NCBI GenBank assembly: GCA_965203295.1
Contig: CBDBCZ010000014.1
Location: 384,001-448,000 of the forward strand
Direction of reading: 5' to 3'
Length of the DNA: 64,000 nucleotides
DNA from: Nitrospirales bacterium
GTDB lineage: Bacteria; Nitrospirota; Nitrospiria; Nitrospirales; UBA8639
The notes below the pieces were generated by a model. The model did not search any database. It had not been told where the DNA came from and saw only the letters and a list, made by a program, of their open reading frames with translations. A program made the position numbers and the translations under genes. Shown here one piece after another: positions 1-9,852 of the stretch (position 1 is the stretch's first letter; every line of letters starts with the position of its first letter).

Positions 1-175
1 TGAGCCACCGTCGCTTGTCATCTGGGTTAACTGGTTTTATGTACACAAACTCCACCGAACACGGGGCCACGCCATGTGAGTGGACTAACGGACTATCTGG
101 GTGATGTGGACATGGGTGATGTTGTTGAAGTGATGTCACAAACTCACAGCCATCTTGATACGCTCCACACAACTT
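1..175 (-). pseudogene. Fragment of a Cys/His-rich ORF, interrupted at 175-176 by the Tc1 insertion; runs off the window
   Basis: Manual translation gives 58 open codons: KLCGAYQDGCEFVTSLQQHHPCPHHPDSPLVHSHGVAPCSVEFVYIKPVNPDDKRRWL. It is absent from the ORF track (no ATG). Same strand as the RecQ gene at 5619-7325. Confidence 0.55.
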
Positions 176-190
176 ACAGTACTGGCCAAA

Positions 191-562
191 AAAAAGGCAA
201 CACGACCATCGCGAATGATGCGAAGTATACGACCGTGTGTGCGTACATAGCATGAAAAATATTCAGTTCGTCTATACTGTCACGAAATCGTGTGCATGAG
301 GTCACGAACGTCGGGTTGACGTACGCGTACATGTTTGCGATCGCGAACAGCGAAATGCGCGAAGGTCGCATGCGTGAAAAAGGTAACACGACCATCGTGA
401 ATGATGCGAAGTATACGACCGTGTGTGCGTACATAGCACGAAAAATATTCAGTTCGTCTATACTGTCACGAAATCGTGTGCATGAGGTCACGAACGTCGG
501 GTTGACGTACGCGTACATGTTTGCGATCGCGAACAGCGAAATGCGCGAAGGTCGCATGCGTG
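191..562. repeat. CpG-rich tandem duplication, 2 x 186 bp, just inside the Tc1 end
   Basis: aacacgacc occurs at 199 and 385; gaaggtcgcatgcgtg at 361 and 547. Few substitutions between copies. Confidence 0.95.
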
Positions 563-787
563 CAAATTGATGTTGATCGAATATCGAATGCGAATTGCAC
601 GAAAGTTATCGCGTGCATACGCGTGCGTTCGCCAATCTGCCACGAGGAGGACGATTAGGTCGAAGCTTCTTTGTATGTGGTGAAGTCTGGCCAGGGTGTT
701 GATAGCTTTAATTGTCATGACAGTGTTTATAAGCAGCCATGGGATCAACTGGGTACCAACCAGTCACTCAGCCTCAAGATCAAGACC

Positions 788-3436
788 ATGGCCATGCAGC
801 AAGTCCGGTGGAGCACCCCAGGTTCCCGTTTTGACGGTGTTGTCCACTTGGTTTCGTCGTCCTTGATCGATGACTTGGGCGGAGGGAGGGTGGCCGTGTG
901 GTGGCCGAGTCGCAGGAAAGGGAGGCGGTGGGAAGGCGAGCTCGTCAATGCTGACCATGGTAAGCGCACAGTATACCTGCATGCATGCGCATATTTAAAT
1001 AAAACTACGCCAAAGTGCATGCTGGATCTCGCGCTATGCACTCGCGCCCTGTTTGGAGGATTGTAGCTGGCTGTTGTCTTTGCATTGGCCTGTACACTGT
1101 AGCGTATGCATGTCACACTCCTTTTTCAGGAAGACAACAAGACCATAGATATACTAAAGGCCTGCTGCGTAGACCACCATTTCATTGTGTTTCTCATCGC
1201 GTCTGCAGCTGATGCTGATGTGGGGGACATGCAGCCAACAGGCAAAGAACAGTTGGCCATGGACAGCCATCCATGTAAGTTTAAGCAAAAGTGCCTGGTT
1301 CCAGGCAGTGGTTGCAATGCATGCTTTAATAAGCTAATACTGCCAGTTATGTACATACAGTATCTCTAAGCTTTCCAAGAACTTTATATGCTTAAGATTG
1401 TCCTCTGTTGTTCCTTTGTTGTCCTGCATGTATGCGCATGTGGATGTTGCTTAATGCAATATTGCCATTCTACATGTACTTGTATATGTACCCAATCCAA
1501 CAGGTGAGCAGCAGACGCGGGGCAGAGGAAAGAACAAGAAGGAAAAAGCCAACAAGAAGGCCGAGAAGGGTGAGCTAGCCTAGCTATATTGTACATGTAC
1601 TGCTTGTTGCGAACTGTCCTTATTGAAATTCGTCCTTACATGTACTTGTCTGTTATCCAAACAGGTGGCCAGCAGACAATCAGCCAGCCTAGAGCTAAGG
1701 GAGTGAAGAAAGGTGAGCTGGCCTGGCCTAGCTATATTACTGAGTCTTTTGTCCATTGTTGTAGTGTAAATCCAATTAAGGCTGACCTAGATTGCAACTC
1801 ACATATACACAGGAAAGGCTAAGGCTACTGAGATGGACACCGGGACAGCTGCTGCTCACTGCTCTTCATCCACAGGTAAATGGTAGCGTATGCATGTCAC
1901 ACTCCTTTTTCAGGAAGACAACAAGACCATAGATATACTAAAGGCCTGCTGCGTAGACCACCATTTCATTGTGTTTCTCATCGCGTCTGCAGCTGATGCT
2001 GATGTGGGGGACATGCAGCCAACAGGCAAAGAACAGTTGGCCATGGTGCATAACTGACAGGCCATTAGCGCTCTTAGTCATGGTGCCTATTAATTTGAGG
2101 TTGTCCAAGTTAAGCAAAAACTGTCCTTATTAAAATTGGTCCTTTATTGGCCACATGTACATATAATATGTGGATGTTGCTATGGGCACTACTGCCATTA
2201 ACACCCCTACATGTTCTTGTCTGTTATCCAATCAACAGGTGGCCAGCAGACAATCAGCCAGCCTGGAGCTAAGGGAGTCCAGAAAGGTGAGCTGGCCTTG
2301 GCCTAGCTATATACAGAATGTTGTAAACTATAGCATTCTCTACATTTTGACCCCACATGGAACTTCCAGTAGATCCGAAACTTCCTCTTGGCTGGGCAGA
2401 GGGGGTGGAGAAGCGACTGACTCTCCTCGAGAAGGCCGTGGAAGGTCTGCAGCAGAAACCTCGTGCACCACCCCAGCTTGAAGATTCATGGTTCGCCGAC
2501 CCAGAAGTACAGTCGCTGCTCGACAGCATCAATGATGACGTCATATCGGTGGCCAGTAGTTCGTGTGGATTTACGGCAACCCCCCTTGCGACGCCAGCAT
2601 TAACATCACCGCCACAGCTGATGAGCCCGCCAGCAATACCCGGACCGTCGTACCAGCTCTCAACTCAATATTCCATTCCTGTTGATCCCAATCCCAATCG
2701 TGGTCTACCGCCTTCTGTTTCTGCTCCTTCTCACCACCATTCTGGCCCGTCTCCTGCTTATGATCACACCCATCCTGCCCTGTCTTCTGCTCCTTCTGAC
2801 GATCAAACCCACCCTGGCCCGTCTGCTCCTGCTTACGATCACCACCATCCTGGCACCCATCCTGGCCCGTCTGCTCCTGCTTACGACCACCACAATCCTG
2901 GCCCGTCTGCTCCTGCTTACGACCACCACAATCCTGGCCCGTCTGCTCCTGCTTACGACCACCACAATCCTGGCCCGTCTGCTCCTGCTTACGACCACCA
3001 CAATCCTGGCCCGTCTGCTCCTGCTTACGACCACCCCTATCCAAGCCTGTCTTCTGCTCCTTCTTCTTACACTCGCCCCAATCCTGCGTACAATCCTCCA
3101 CCTCTTCGCCATCCTCCGCCTTTAGCCTCGCCCACCAAAGCTCTGTCTCGCATTTCAGGGCGAGATGTCCAGTCACTAAGGGGCCTGGCTGTAGCGTTGG
3201 CAAGGGGGTGTGTCTTTGGCGACGACTGCCTGTTCAGATCATCTCCAAGTGGAAAGGGGCACCAGAAACTAGACGTGGACGCCATGAACTCTATAAAGGA
3301 CATGGTCCGCCGGCGAGCAAAAGGCATGACAGACAACGAGTTCACGGGAGTTTGGGAAAAGTGTGTTGTCTCCATCAGTAAAGCTTGCCAAAATCTACGC
3401 AATGGGCGCCTAACTATGTATGCCTACCGTCTTTAG
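788..3436 (+). CDS. Spliced gene for a coiled-coil / Pro-rich / C-terminal BEN-domain protein (transposon cargo)
   Basis: Exon 1 is 788-959 (ATG...CATG|gtaag). Probable mini-exons lie near 1504-1568, 1664-1712, 1812-1874 and 2238-2286. The large last exon (about 2373-3436) ends LAVALARGCVFGDDCLFRSSPSGKGHQKLDVDAMNSIKDMVRRR...FTGVWEKCVVSISKACQNLR, which fits the BEN pattern. The internal exon set is uncertain. Confidence 0.7.
1099..2045. repeat. Direct duplication of about 163 bp within the BEN gene (1099-1261 and 1883-2045); second duplicated exon block at about 1640-1737 and 2210-2312
   Basis: gtagcgtatgcatgtcacactcc...gaacagttggccatgg is present twice, essentially identical. caggtggccagcagacaatcagccagcct...aaaggtgagctggcct is also present twice. 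Confidence 0.9.
2861..3040 (+). repeat. Coding 36-bp minisatellite (PGPSAPAYDHHN x4 plus variants)
   Basis: cctggcccgtctgctcctgcttacgaccaccacaat is repeated from 2861. Degenerate copies start at about 2740. Confidence 0.95.
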
Positions 3437-4067
3437 CTATTTTGGTCTGATCTGAAGTGTGGTCTTTTGTTGAGTTTATTGTAATTTTAATGGACGCTTG
3501 GCTTTACCTCTACTGCCTGTAAATGTGTGTTAAGTTTGTTGTGTTGTAGATTTTGTTGTGATTTGTGAGTTACATTGTTTTGAAGTATTTAAAGTGTGGT
3601 CTTTTTGTTGTTAACTATTTTAAGGACACTTAACTGTTGTGTTGTAAGTCTCATATATATTTTGAAGCAATGTGGTCTTATGGTATTATCTATTCTCGAG
3701 TTTAAGTACCTGAAGTGTGGTGGCTTTGTGGAGTTACTATATTCTAAAATACTTGAGGCTGTACAAAAAAAAACATAAATTTTCTAGATAGATGCATTGT
3801 TCAGTTTTGTTAGGCACGTGCATTTATGGACCTAAATTGAACATGGAGGTGGGTGCTTACAGTTGAGGCAGAGGGCCTGATACACACCAAAATTTTGGAC
3901 CATGGTCAAATTGCTACTTGTTACAGAAAGTATCAGTTTGTTGGACCAAAGATAATTAATGCAATCACAACTTCAAAATACAGCAATACATAATAATGAA
4001 TAAATACATGAACTCTTGTGTATTCCCAATATTCTTACAAAACAAATGCAAATGGCCTAACCAGTAA

Positions 4068-5105
4068 TCAATATCCTGTTGCATCACCCTTCAGTTCTAT
4101 CACCTTTGGTATTACTTTGTCAAGGTGGCGAATATACTTAGTGCATTTTGCTGGAGTGACTGTAGCCCAAAATGTTTTAATTCCTGCCTTAAGCTGAGCC
4201 AGATTTCTAGGTTTCACTTTTGCACGCAAAAATTCTTTGAGTTCATGCCACATATTTTCAATAGGGTTTAAGTCAGGTGACTCCGGAGGTGTCCGCCACC
4301 AGTTTATGTTGTTCTCCTCAAAAAAGCGTTGAGCACGACGGGAAACGTGCTTCGGGTCGTTGTCCTGCATAAACCTGTGTTCACGGCTGCCAAACGTATT
4401 CTTTACAAAAGGGACAAGACAGCGTTCAAGGATACGCACATAAAACTCTGCATCCATTATTCCAGTAAAGATGGCTATATCTGTAGCACCCTCCATGCTG
4501 ATTCCTGCCCATACGTGGACTTTCACTGGGTGCTTCGGACGGGGCTTTGGTTTCGGCTTTTCTCCTTTTTTCCTATAGCAACGCAACCGGTGAGTTTCGA
4601 TTTGGATTGATGCTTCATCAGAGTATATTACATTCCCAAAACGCCCCCCTTGATTTTGTAGTGCCCACTCAAGCCGCTTTTGCTTGTTGACGTCTCGTAT
4701 CAGCTGGCAGTATGCAGACCCTCGAAAGGTCCACCCCAACTGTGCCCGACAACGAACCACAGTGCGAAGAGAGACACTGATACCACTGTTAAAAAGTAGC
4801 TCATGCAACTGTGTTGCTGTACTTTCATCATCAAGCCACATTCTTTGCTCTACAAGCTGAAGAACATGATGTGTAATTTTGGAAGGACGACCAGACCCTA
4901 CTTTTCTAGCGATGGTACAGAATCTCCTATACCTGCATAAGAATTAAAACAAATGTAACGAAACGGCACAAATAAAGCAACTATATTTCTTAAAGCTGGT
5001 TGCTAGAGTAATCTTCAGTGCACAATGTATGATACTACTTCCCCTAGCCAATTATCCGAACCTTGAAATAAACAGCGATACAGTCTTCCTAGTGGTCTTG
5101 ACATG
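4068..5105 (-). CDS. Tc1-type DD34E transposase, intron-containing, 5'-truncated
   Basis: Exon remnant about 5102-5062 (VKTTRKTVSLFISR), GT-AG intron 5061-4933, exon 4932-4068. Motifs GSGRPSK, YSDE, VHVWAGIS, MQDNDPKH and SPDLNPIENMW are present, with 34 residues between the second D and the E. Confidence 0.92.
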
Positions 5106-5205
5106 CTAAAGGTGAGTGCATTATCGGCCCGAGACTGCTACTTAATTTTTTCGATAATGCACACTAAAGTGTGCAGTAAGCAATTTAATGCACGGTCATG
5201 TGAGT

Positions 5206-5613
5206 GAGTCTGACATTTCATGTCTAAAAAAACAGCCGGACGCCTTTCCCGTATAATACACACAACTCAGCTTAGGCCAAGCTATTACACTACAGCTGTA
5301 GAATTAGAACGCGGAACAGCAAAAGTGCTGACTCAGCAGTTTCGTCATGCACCTACTGTTAGTAGCTATATGCCACGAAACCAGGATCTTTACGGCTACC
5401 TACCACGTTTTCGCCATCTAAGCAACACAAAACTACCTTCATTTGCTGTAGCTTGGCCTGCAAACCTCCAAAAGCTGCTATACACTGCAGTTGCATAGTA
5501 ACGTATGACGTAATATATTGCGCACGTGATAAGTGCGGACGCACAGACAAACAAACAAACAAACAAACACGGAAAACGTAAAGCAATCTTAGGACCAGCC
5601 GGCTGGTATAAAA
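5206..5613 (-). mobile_element. Non-autonomous interspersed repeat, HINE/Helentron-like; copies at about 16030-16260 (-) and 27971-28460 (+)
   Basis: High similarity to 27971-28460. Has a 5' accagccg/cggctggt hairpin, a (GTTT)n tract and a 3' subterminal ccggctg plus small hairpin. Inserted in a T-run. Confidence 0.6.
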
Positions 5614-5618
5614 CACAC

Positions 5619-7325
5619 CTCCAGGATTCTTTGAAGTTCCCAAAGACTCTCGCCTGATCTGCCTGTCCTTCACTCCAGAAAGATGCATGTTGTAGGTCTG
5701 CTTCATTGACAATCAGTACAGCTGGGCATGTACAAGATACAATACATTATTACATGAGCTGCTTAGGGCAGGGTCACAATTTCTAATAATCTGATTAGCA
5801 ACAAGTCACTCACCATCGGCCAGCCGTCCATCTCGCCCTGCTTTACCAAATTCTTGCACCATGTCTTCAATAGACGAGGGGCAGCCTACTCGAACCACCA
5901 TGTCGACATCTGGAACATTCACCCCCATTCCAAAAGCTCTATATAGTGGCAACGATGACTTGCACTTCAGAAGCTTTCCACTTCGCAAGGACAACTTTCT
6001 TATCGGAGGACGACAGCTTCTTCCCGTGGAATGCTGCAGCTTCTACTCCGGCTCCCTGCAGGGCCACAACCAGTCTCGTGACGTCTTGGATAAAATCCAT
6101 GTAAACGATGGCTTTTTTCCCCTCGATCATTGGCACAAGCATGTCAGCCAGCCGAGTGTAACCGGCAGATCCTAACATGTAGAATAGCACAAAAAAACAA
6201 ACCAGTAATTGATGTCATGGGCAAATAACAAGAACATGTTCTGTTAAGGTTATTGTCAATGCAACATAAATACATCTCACTGCAGTCACATACCAGATGT
6301 TTTCCACTGGCACTCGGTGACACAATACTGTAGGTTAGGCCTGTTCACACTTGCGGTGACAACCTCAGCGGATGGTCCAGCCCAAGCCGTTATCATCTGT
6401 TTCACAGGCGGTGGGGCGGTTGCAGTGAGAAACATGAAAGGCACCTGGGGATGATTGCGTACAAGGCCCTCTATAGCTGCATACTTCGGCCTGTGCATGT
6501 ATATGAGGAAGAAGAGGGTATATCTCTCACACAAATTCTAGCAGATATCATGCACAGTGGATACATACCTGAAGTTTTGCCATGCAGCAACTAGATGTGC
6601 TTCGTCAATGGCAATAACACAAATCATGTCATCTTGAATCAGCTGATTGAAGATGGAAGAAGGTGTCCCATCATTGCTGAAAAACGTCTCCGGCGTCACA
6701 TAGACCACTTTGAATTCTCCTGCCTTGATTCGCTCAGGTACAGTCTGGTCTGACTGTGCTGATCCAACGTACGTTGCGGGAATTCCTGTATCGACGAGGC
6801 TGGTAGCCTGATCCACCATCAGACTGATAGTGGGGGTAATCACAACTGCCACTTTCCCTTCCGACAAAAAGGGTGGTAGCTGGAAGCAGAGGCTTTTGCC
6901 ACTGCCTGTGGGCTGCACTACGACAGCATTCCGTCCTTCCATAATGGCAGCAACAACGTTCTCCTGCCAGTCATGAAGGCTGGTTAGTTGGAAATGCTGA
7001 GCCAAGACCCCAATCCATCGTAGCTTTCTCTCTACATAAAACAGGGATAACAACAGAGCGTATAACAGTCTCGCGGGCTAAACTAGAAGGCACCAAATAG
7101 AATTAGTCTCCACTTACCGTCGCTAGCCGTATCACGAGCGACCTCCGATTTCGGCTCCGCCTCTGCAGTCGTCTGAATCCGCAGCTGCTGTACAATGTGG
7201 CCACTCTTTCCAGCTCGGCTATGCCTCCGCTTGGAACATTCTTCGCAGTATGCTTCATCGCATTCCAGACAGAAGACAGTCGATAAGGCTCCGCAGAACC
7301 CGCACTCGTCAACGTCACCGTCCAT
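5619..7325 (-). pseudogene. B-box zinc finger + RecQ-family SF2 helicase; frameshifted and 3'-truncated
   Basis: Exons 7325-7118, 7031-6569, 6490-6294, 6171-5814 and 5721-5619 with GT-AG introns. N-terminal CGFC...CLECDEAYCEECSKRRH...H is B-box-like. Helicase motifs QPTGSGKS, DEAH, TAT, AFGMGVN and QEFGKAGRDG are present. A 4-bp ATAT insertion at 5941-5944 shifts the frame. Confidence 0.88.
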
Positions 7326-7506
7326 CTCCTTGAAAAGTGAGAAACTTCGCCCGTTCTTTTAGTAGGCACTGCCATCGTGGGAGCACAGAAGAATCTTGCA
7401 GTTGCTTTGCAGTACAAGTGTTTTCACAAAGAATTTCCGCCACTTTCTCAGCGCTTTGCTTCGCGGTACAAGTGTTTTCACAACCCAGCACGTGATTGAC
7501 ACGGGG

Positions 7507-7708
7507 ACACAAAATTTCCCCTCCCTACGGAGGGGAGATTTTGTGTAAAAAACACAAATAAAAGCACACAAAATTTCCCCTCCATGGGTTATGGAGGGGA
7601 AATTTTGTGTCCCCCACACAAAATTTCCCCTCCCTAGGAGGGAAAATTTTGTGTCACTACCCACACAAAATTTACCCTCCCTAGGAGGAGAAATTTTTCA
7701 TTTTGTGT
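7507..7708. repeat. Four tandem palindromes ACACAAAATTTCCCCTCC-loop-GGAGGGGAAATTTTGTGT (probable subterminal repeats)
   Basis: Units at 7507-7546, 7566-7610, 7616-7654 and 7663-7708, with spacers of 19, 5 and 8 bp. Confidence 0.9.
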
Positions 7709-8091
7709 AGTTTTATCTAAGACCCTCCGAACCCTGACAACAGTAAATATGCTCTGCTTTCTCCATGACAATTTGGATTGAACAAGTCACGTAATTCAGT
7801 CTCAATGTTACTTTTTTACAACTTCATACTTTATTGTACTTGTCCATTTCTCTTTCATGTGATCTTGGTGCGGTGTTACACTTGAAAGCAATATATCGGG
7901 TTAATTTGTGATACACACTGGGGTGTTGTGATATGCAAACTGAGTCAGATAACGCCCAGCACTAATACACACACCTTTTTATGCACGGGAAATAGTTACA
8001 ATCTAAGTTCGCAATGCCAGCTTAATTAACATTTTGCAAATGCTCACAATTTTCTCACAAAACCTTTTCACAACACATTGTACAAGCCTAC

Positions 8092-8277
8092 CGAGGGCTC
8101 TACAGGTACAAGCGACCACCTTATGGTGTGGCCTCAGCCCCGGCCGTGCTTCAGAAAACCATGGAGGTAGTTCCGTAAGGGCTGCCCAAGGTAATCTGCT
8201 ACCTGGACGATATCCTGGTTACCGGCAGCAGTGAGGAGGGGTACTTGGAGAATGTGGAGGTGCTACAACGCCTTTAG
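8092..8277 (+). mobile_element. Ty3/Gypsy reverse transcriptase remnant
   Basis: Translates RGLYRYKRPPYGVASAPAVLQKTMEVVP*GLPKVICYLDDILVTG, with a YLDD motif and an internal stop. Confidence 0.85.
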
Positions 8278-8844
8278 TGGGTCTTTCAGTACCAATTTTC
8301 ACAACACTGGCAACTACATGTACATGTAGGCAGCCTTCTAGAGATACCACCCCAACGTACATACATAGTCAATCAATACACCCAGAACTCACAAACTATA
8401 CATTTTTTCAATAACAACTTAAGTACATGTATTAGGACTGGGTGGGGCTTTCCAGGAATGGTTATACAATTAATATCTCCACTGCCATACATGTACAAAT
8501 ACATTAAGTGTAAAATTATCCTCACCTTCATTTTCCTACTCTACTTCAGCTAGTAGGTGCCTGCAAGAGATGCTTGGTGTTCCACAAAGGCTAATATACA
8601 ATCACCTGAGAGGGAGGGAGGGGGGTGGGGAGTTAAAGTAGTGCCAAGCAGTAGAGGTTTAAAAGTACAAGCATAGCTGGATGTTTTCAGCTCAGAAATT
8701 CAAAAGGTAAACTTTTAGGGTGTGTTCATATGTACCATGAAGTATTCACAGGAAGAGGAAAGTGTTAGCTTTATAAACCTAGGTAATATGATTAGAGCCA
8801 CCCGAGAATAATACAGTATAACTAATCTCTAGTGGAAACACTAG

Positions 8845-9132
8845 CCTGTCTTTAGGAAACACCAAACGTTTCGACCGCTATACAGCGGTCATCATCAGTG
8901 GTAACAATGTGTTACAAAACGAACACTTAAATACAGACAGCAACAGGAAGTGGGTATTAAATGGAAGCATGGGCGATAATTAGAAAACGAATGAAGACGA
9001 TTACAAGAAACTAAGGCTGGTGAGTGGAATGAATCAAGGGGTTGTAGGCAGGGGGGAGAAGTCCAGTCTCCCTGTTCATGGGGTTCGCCTGGGAGCGAAT
9101 ATGCCATGCTTCGATGGCACAACGCTGATGGA
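8845..9132 (-). mobile_element. Penelope-like retroelement 3' remnant (GIY-YIG endonuclease C-terminus + hammerhead)
   Basis: The minus strand from 9130 encodes HQRCAIEAWHIRSQANPMNRETGLLPPAYNPLIHS, followed downstream by a hammerhead motif. Confidence 0.8.
8861..8902 (-). ncRNA. Minimal type I hammerhead ribozyme (Penelope-associated)
   Basis: Minus strand reads acca-CTGATGA-t-gaccgc-tgtata-gcggtc-GAAAC-GTT-tggt: intact core boxes, stem I acca/tggt, stem II gaccgc/gcggtc, palindromic AACGTT stem III. Confidence 0.8.
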
Positions 9133-9852
9133 GAAGAGAATTTTGAGCATGAAGAAGCTCGATATTTTCTACAATGATTCAAGCATGAAGAAGCTCGATA
9201 TTCTCTGTGGTATAGCACTCGAGGCCTACATGTTTTCAAAGAACTCGAACAGTCAGTCATACACGAGTGGACGCTTGCCGTTTCCCACCATTTAATGACT
9301 CGGCAATGACTATGCAGACTACACGTTTTCTTCCATACCTTTTATAGTGCTGGCTATTAAGTTGTATCTCCTGCCGTAAGCTACACCAACTGTAGCTATA
9401 AAAGTGAACATACTTACTCACAAGGGATGGTAATCCGTAAAAGTTCTGTGGCATAAACCAATCATAGTATCACTGTGACAATACAAGGACGTTGCTAAAA
9501 CCCAGGATTGGACTAAATAGTGACGGGATATGCTTTTCTGTCCCAGCTAACGGGACGAGATGTACATGCGGGACACGACATATGATGTGCGACTTTTGTA
9601 CACTTCCCCAAAGCCTTAGTTTGTTGCTGGTGAGTTGTTTATAACTCTGAGCTGTAAATCTATAATCATGTTTCTTGGACCAGACTCCCTTGGGCACAGA
9701 AGAGACTATCATGGAGTACGGTAGTACTCCATACGTAGGGATGGCACGGTAAAAAATGGCGGCCTCATATAACGCATACAGAATCATACGTTCAGAACTC
9801 GGCTCTGATAATAGTCATTGGCTTTTATGAGCCATACCATGACATCTCGAGT

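Larger units (their letters stand above)
177..5105 (-). mobile_element. Tc1-family DNA transposon carrying a BEN-domain gene; one end present, the other deleted
   Basis: TA (175-176) is followed by CAGTACTGGCCAAAAA, nearly identical to the C. elegans Tc1 terminus CAGTGCTGGCCAAAAA. Contains a DD34E transposase (minus) and a convergent BEN gene (plus). No matching opposite TIR was found. Confidence 0.7.

Noticed and set aside
174..748. ORFs of 127, 92 and 86 aa over the 186-bp duplication
   Set aside because: They are open only because the unit length is a multiple of 3 and GC-rich. They have no recognisable domain and overlap the transposon end.
2571..3402. Alternative-frame and antisense ORFs over the BEN exon
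   Set aside because: They are shadows of the 36-bp coding repeat.
4068..7325. RecQ gene and Tc1 transposase as one fused gene or one element
   Set aside because: They are separated by two unrelated repeats and a deletion junction. The Tc1 end at 177 interrupts another ORF, which favours nesting. It cannot be fully excluded without intact copies.
7507..7708. Palindromic repeat-spacer array as CRISPR
   Set aside because: The spacers are only 5-19 bp and low-complexity, and no cas genes are present.
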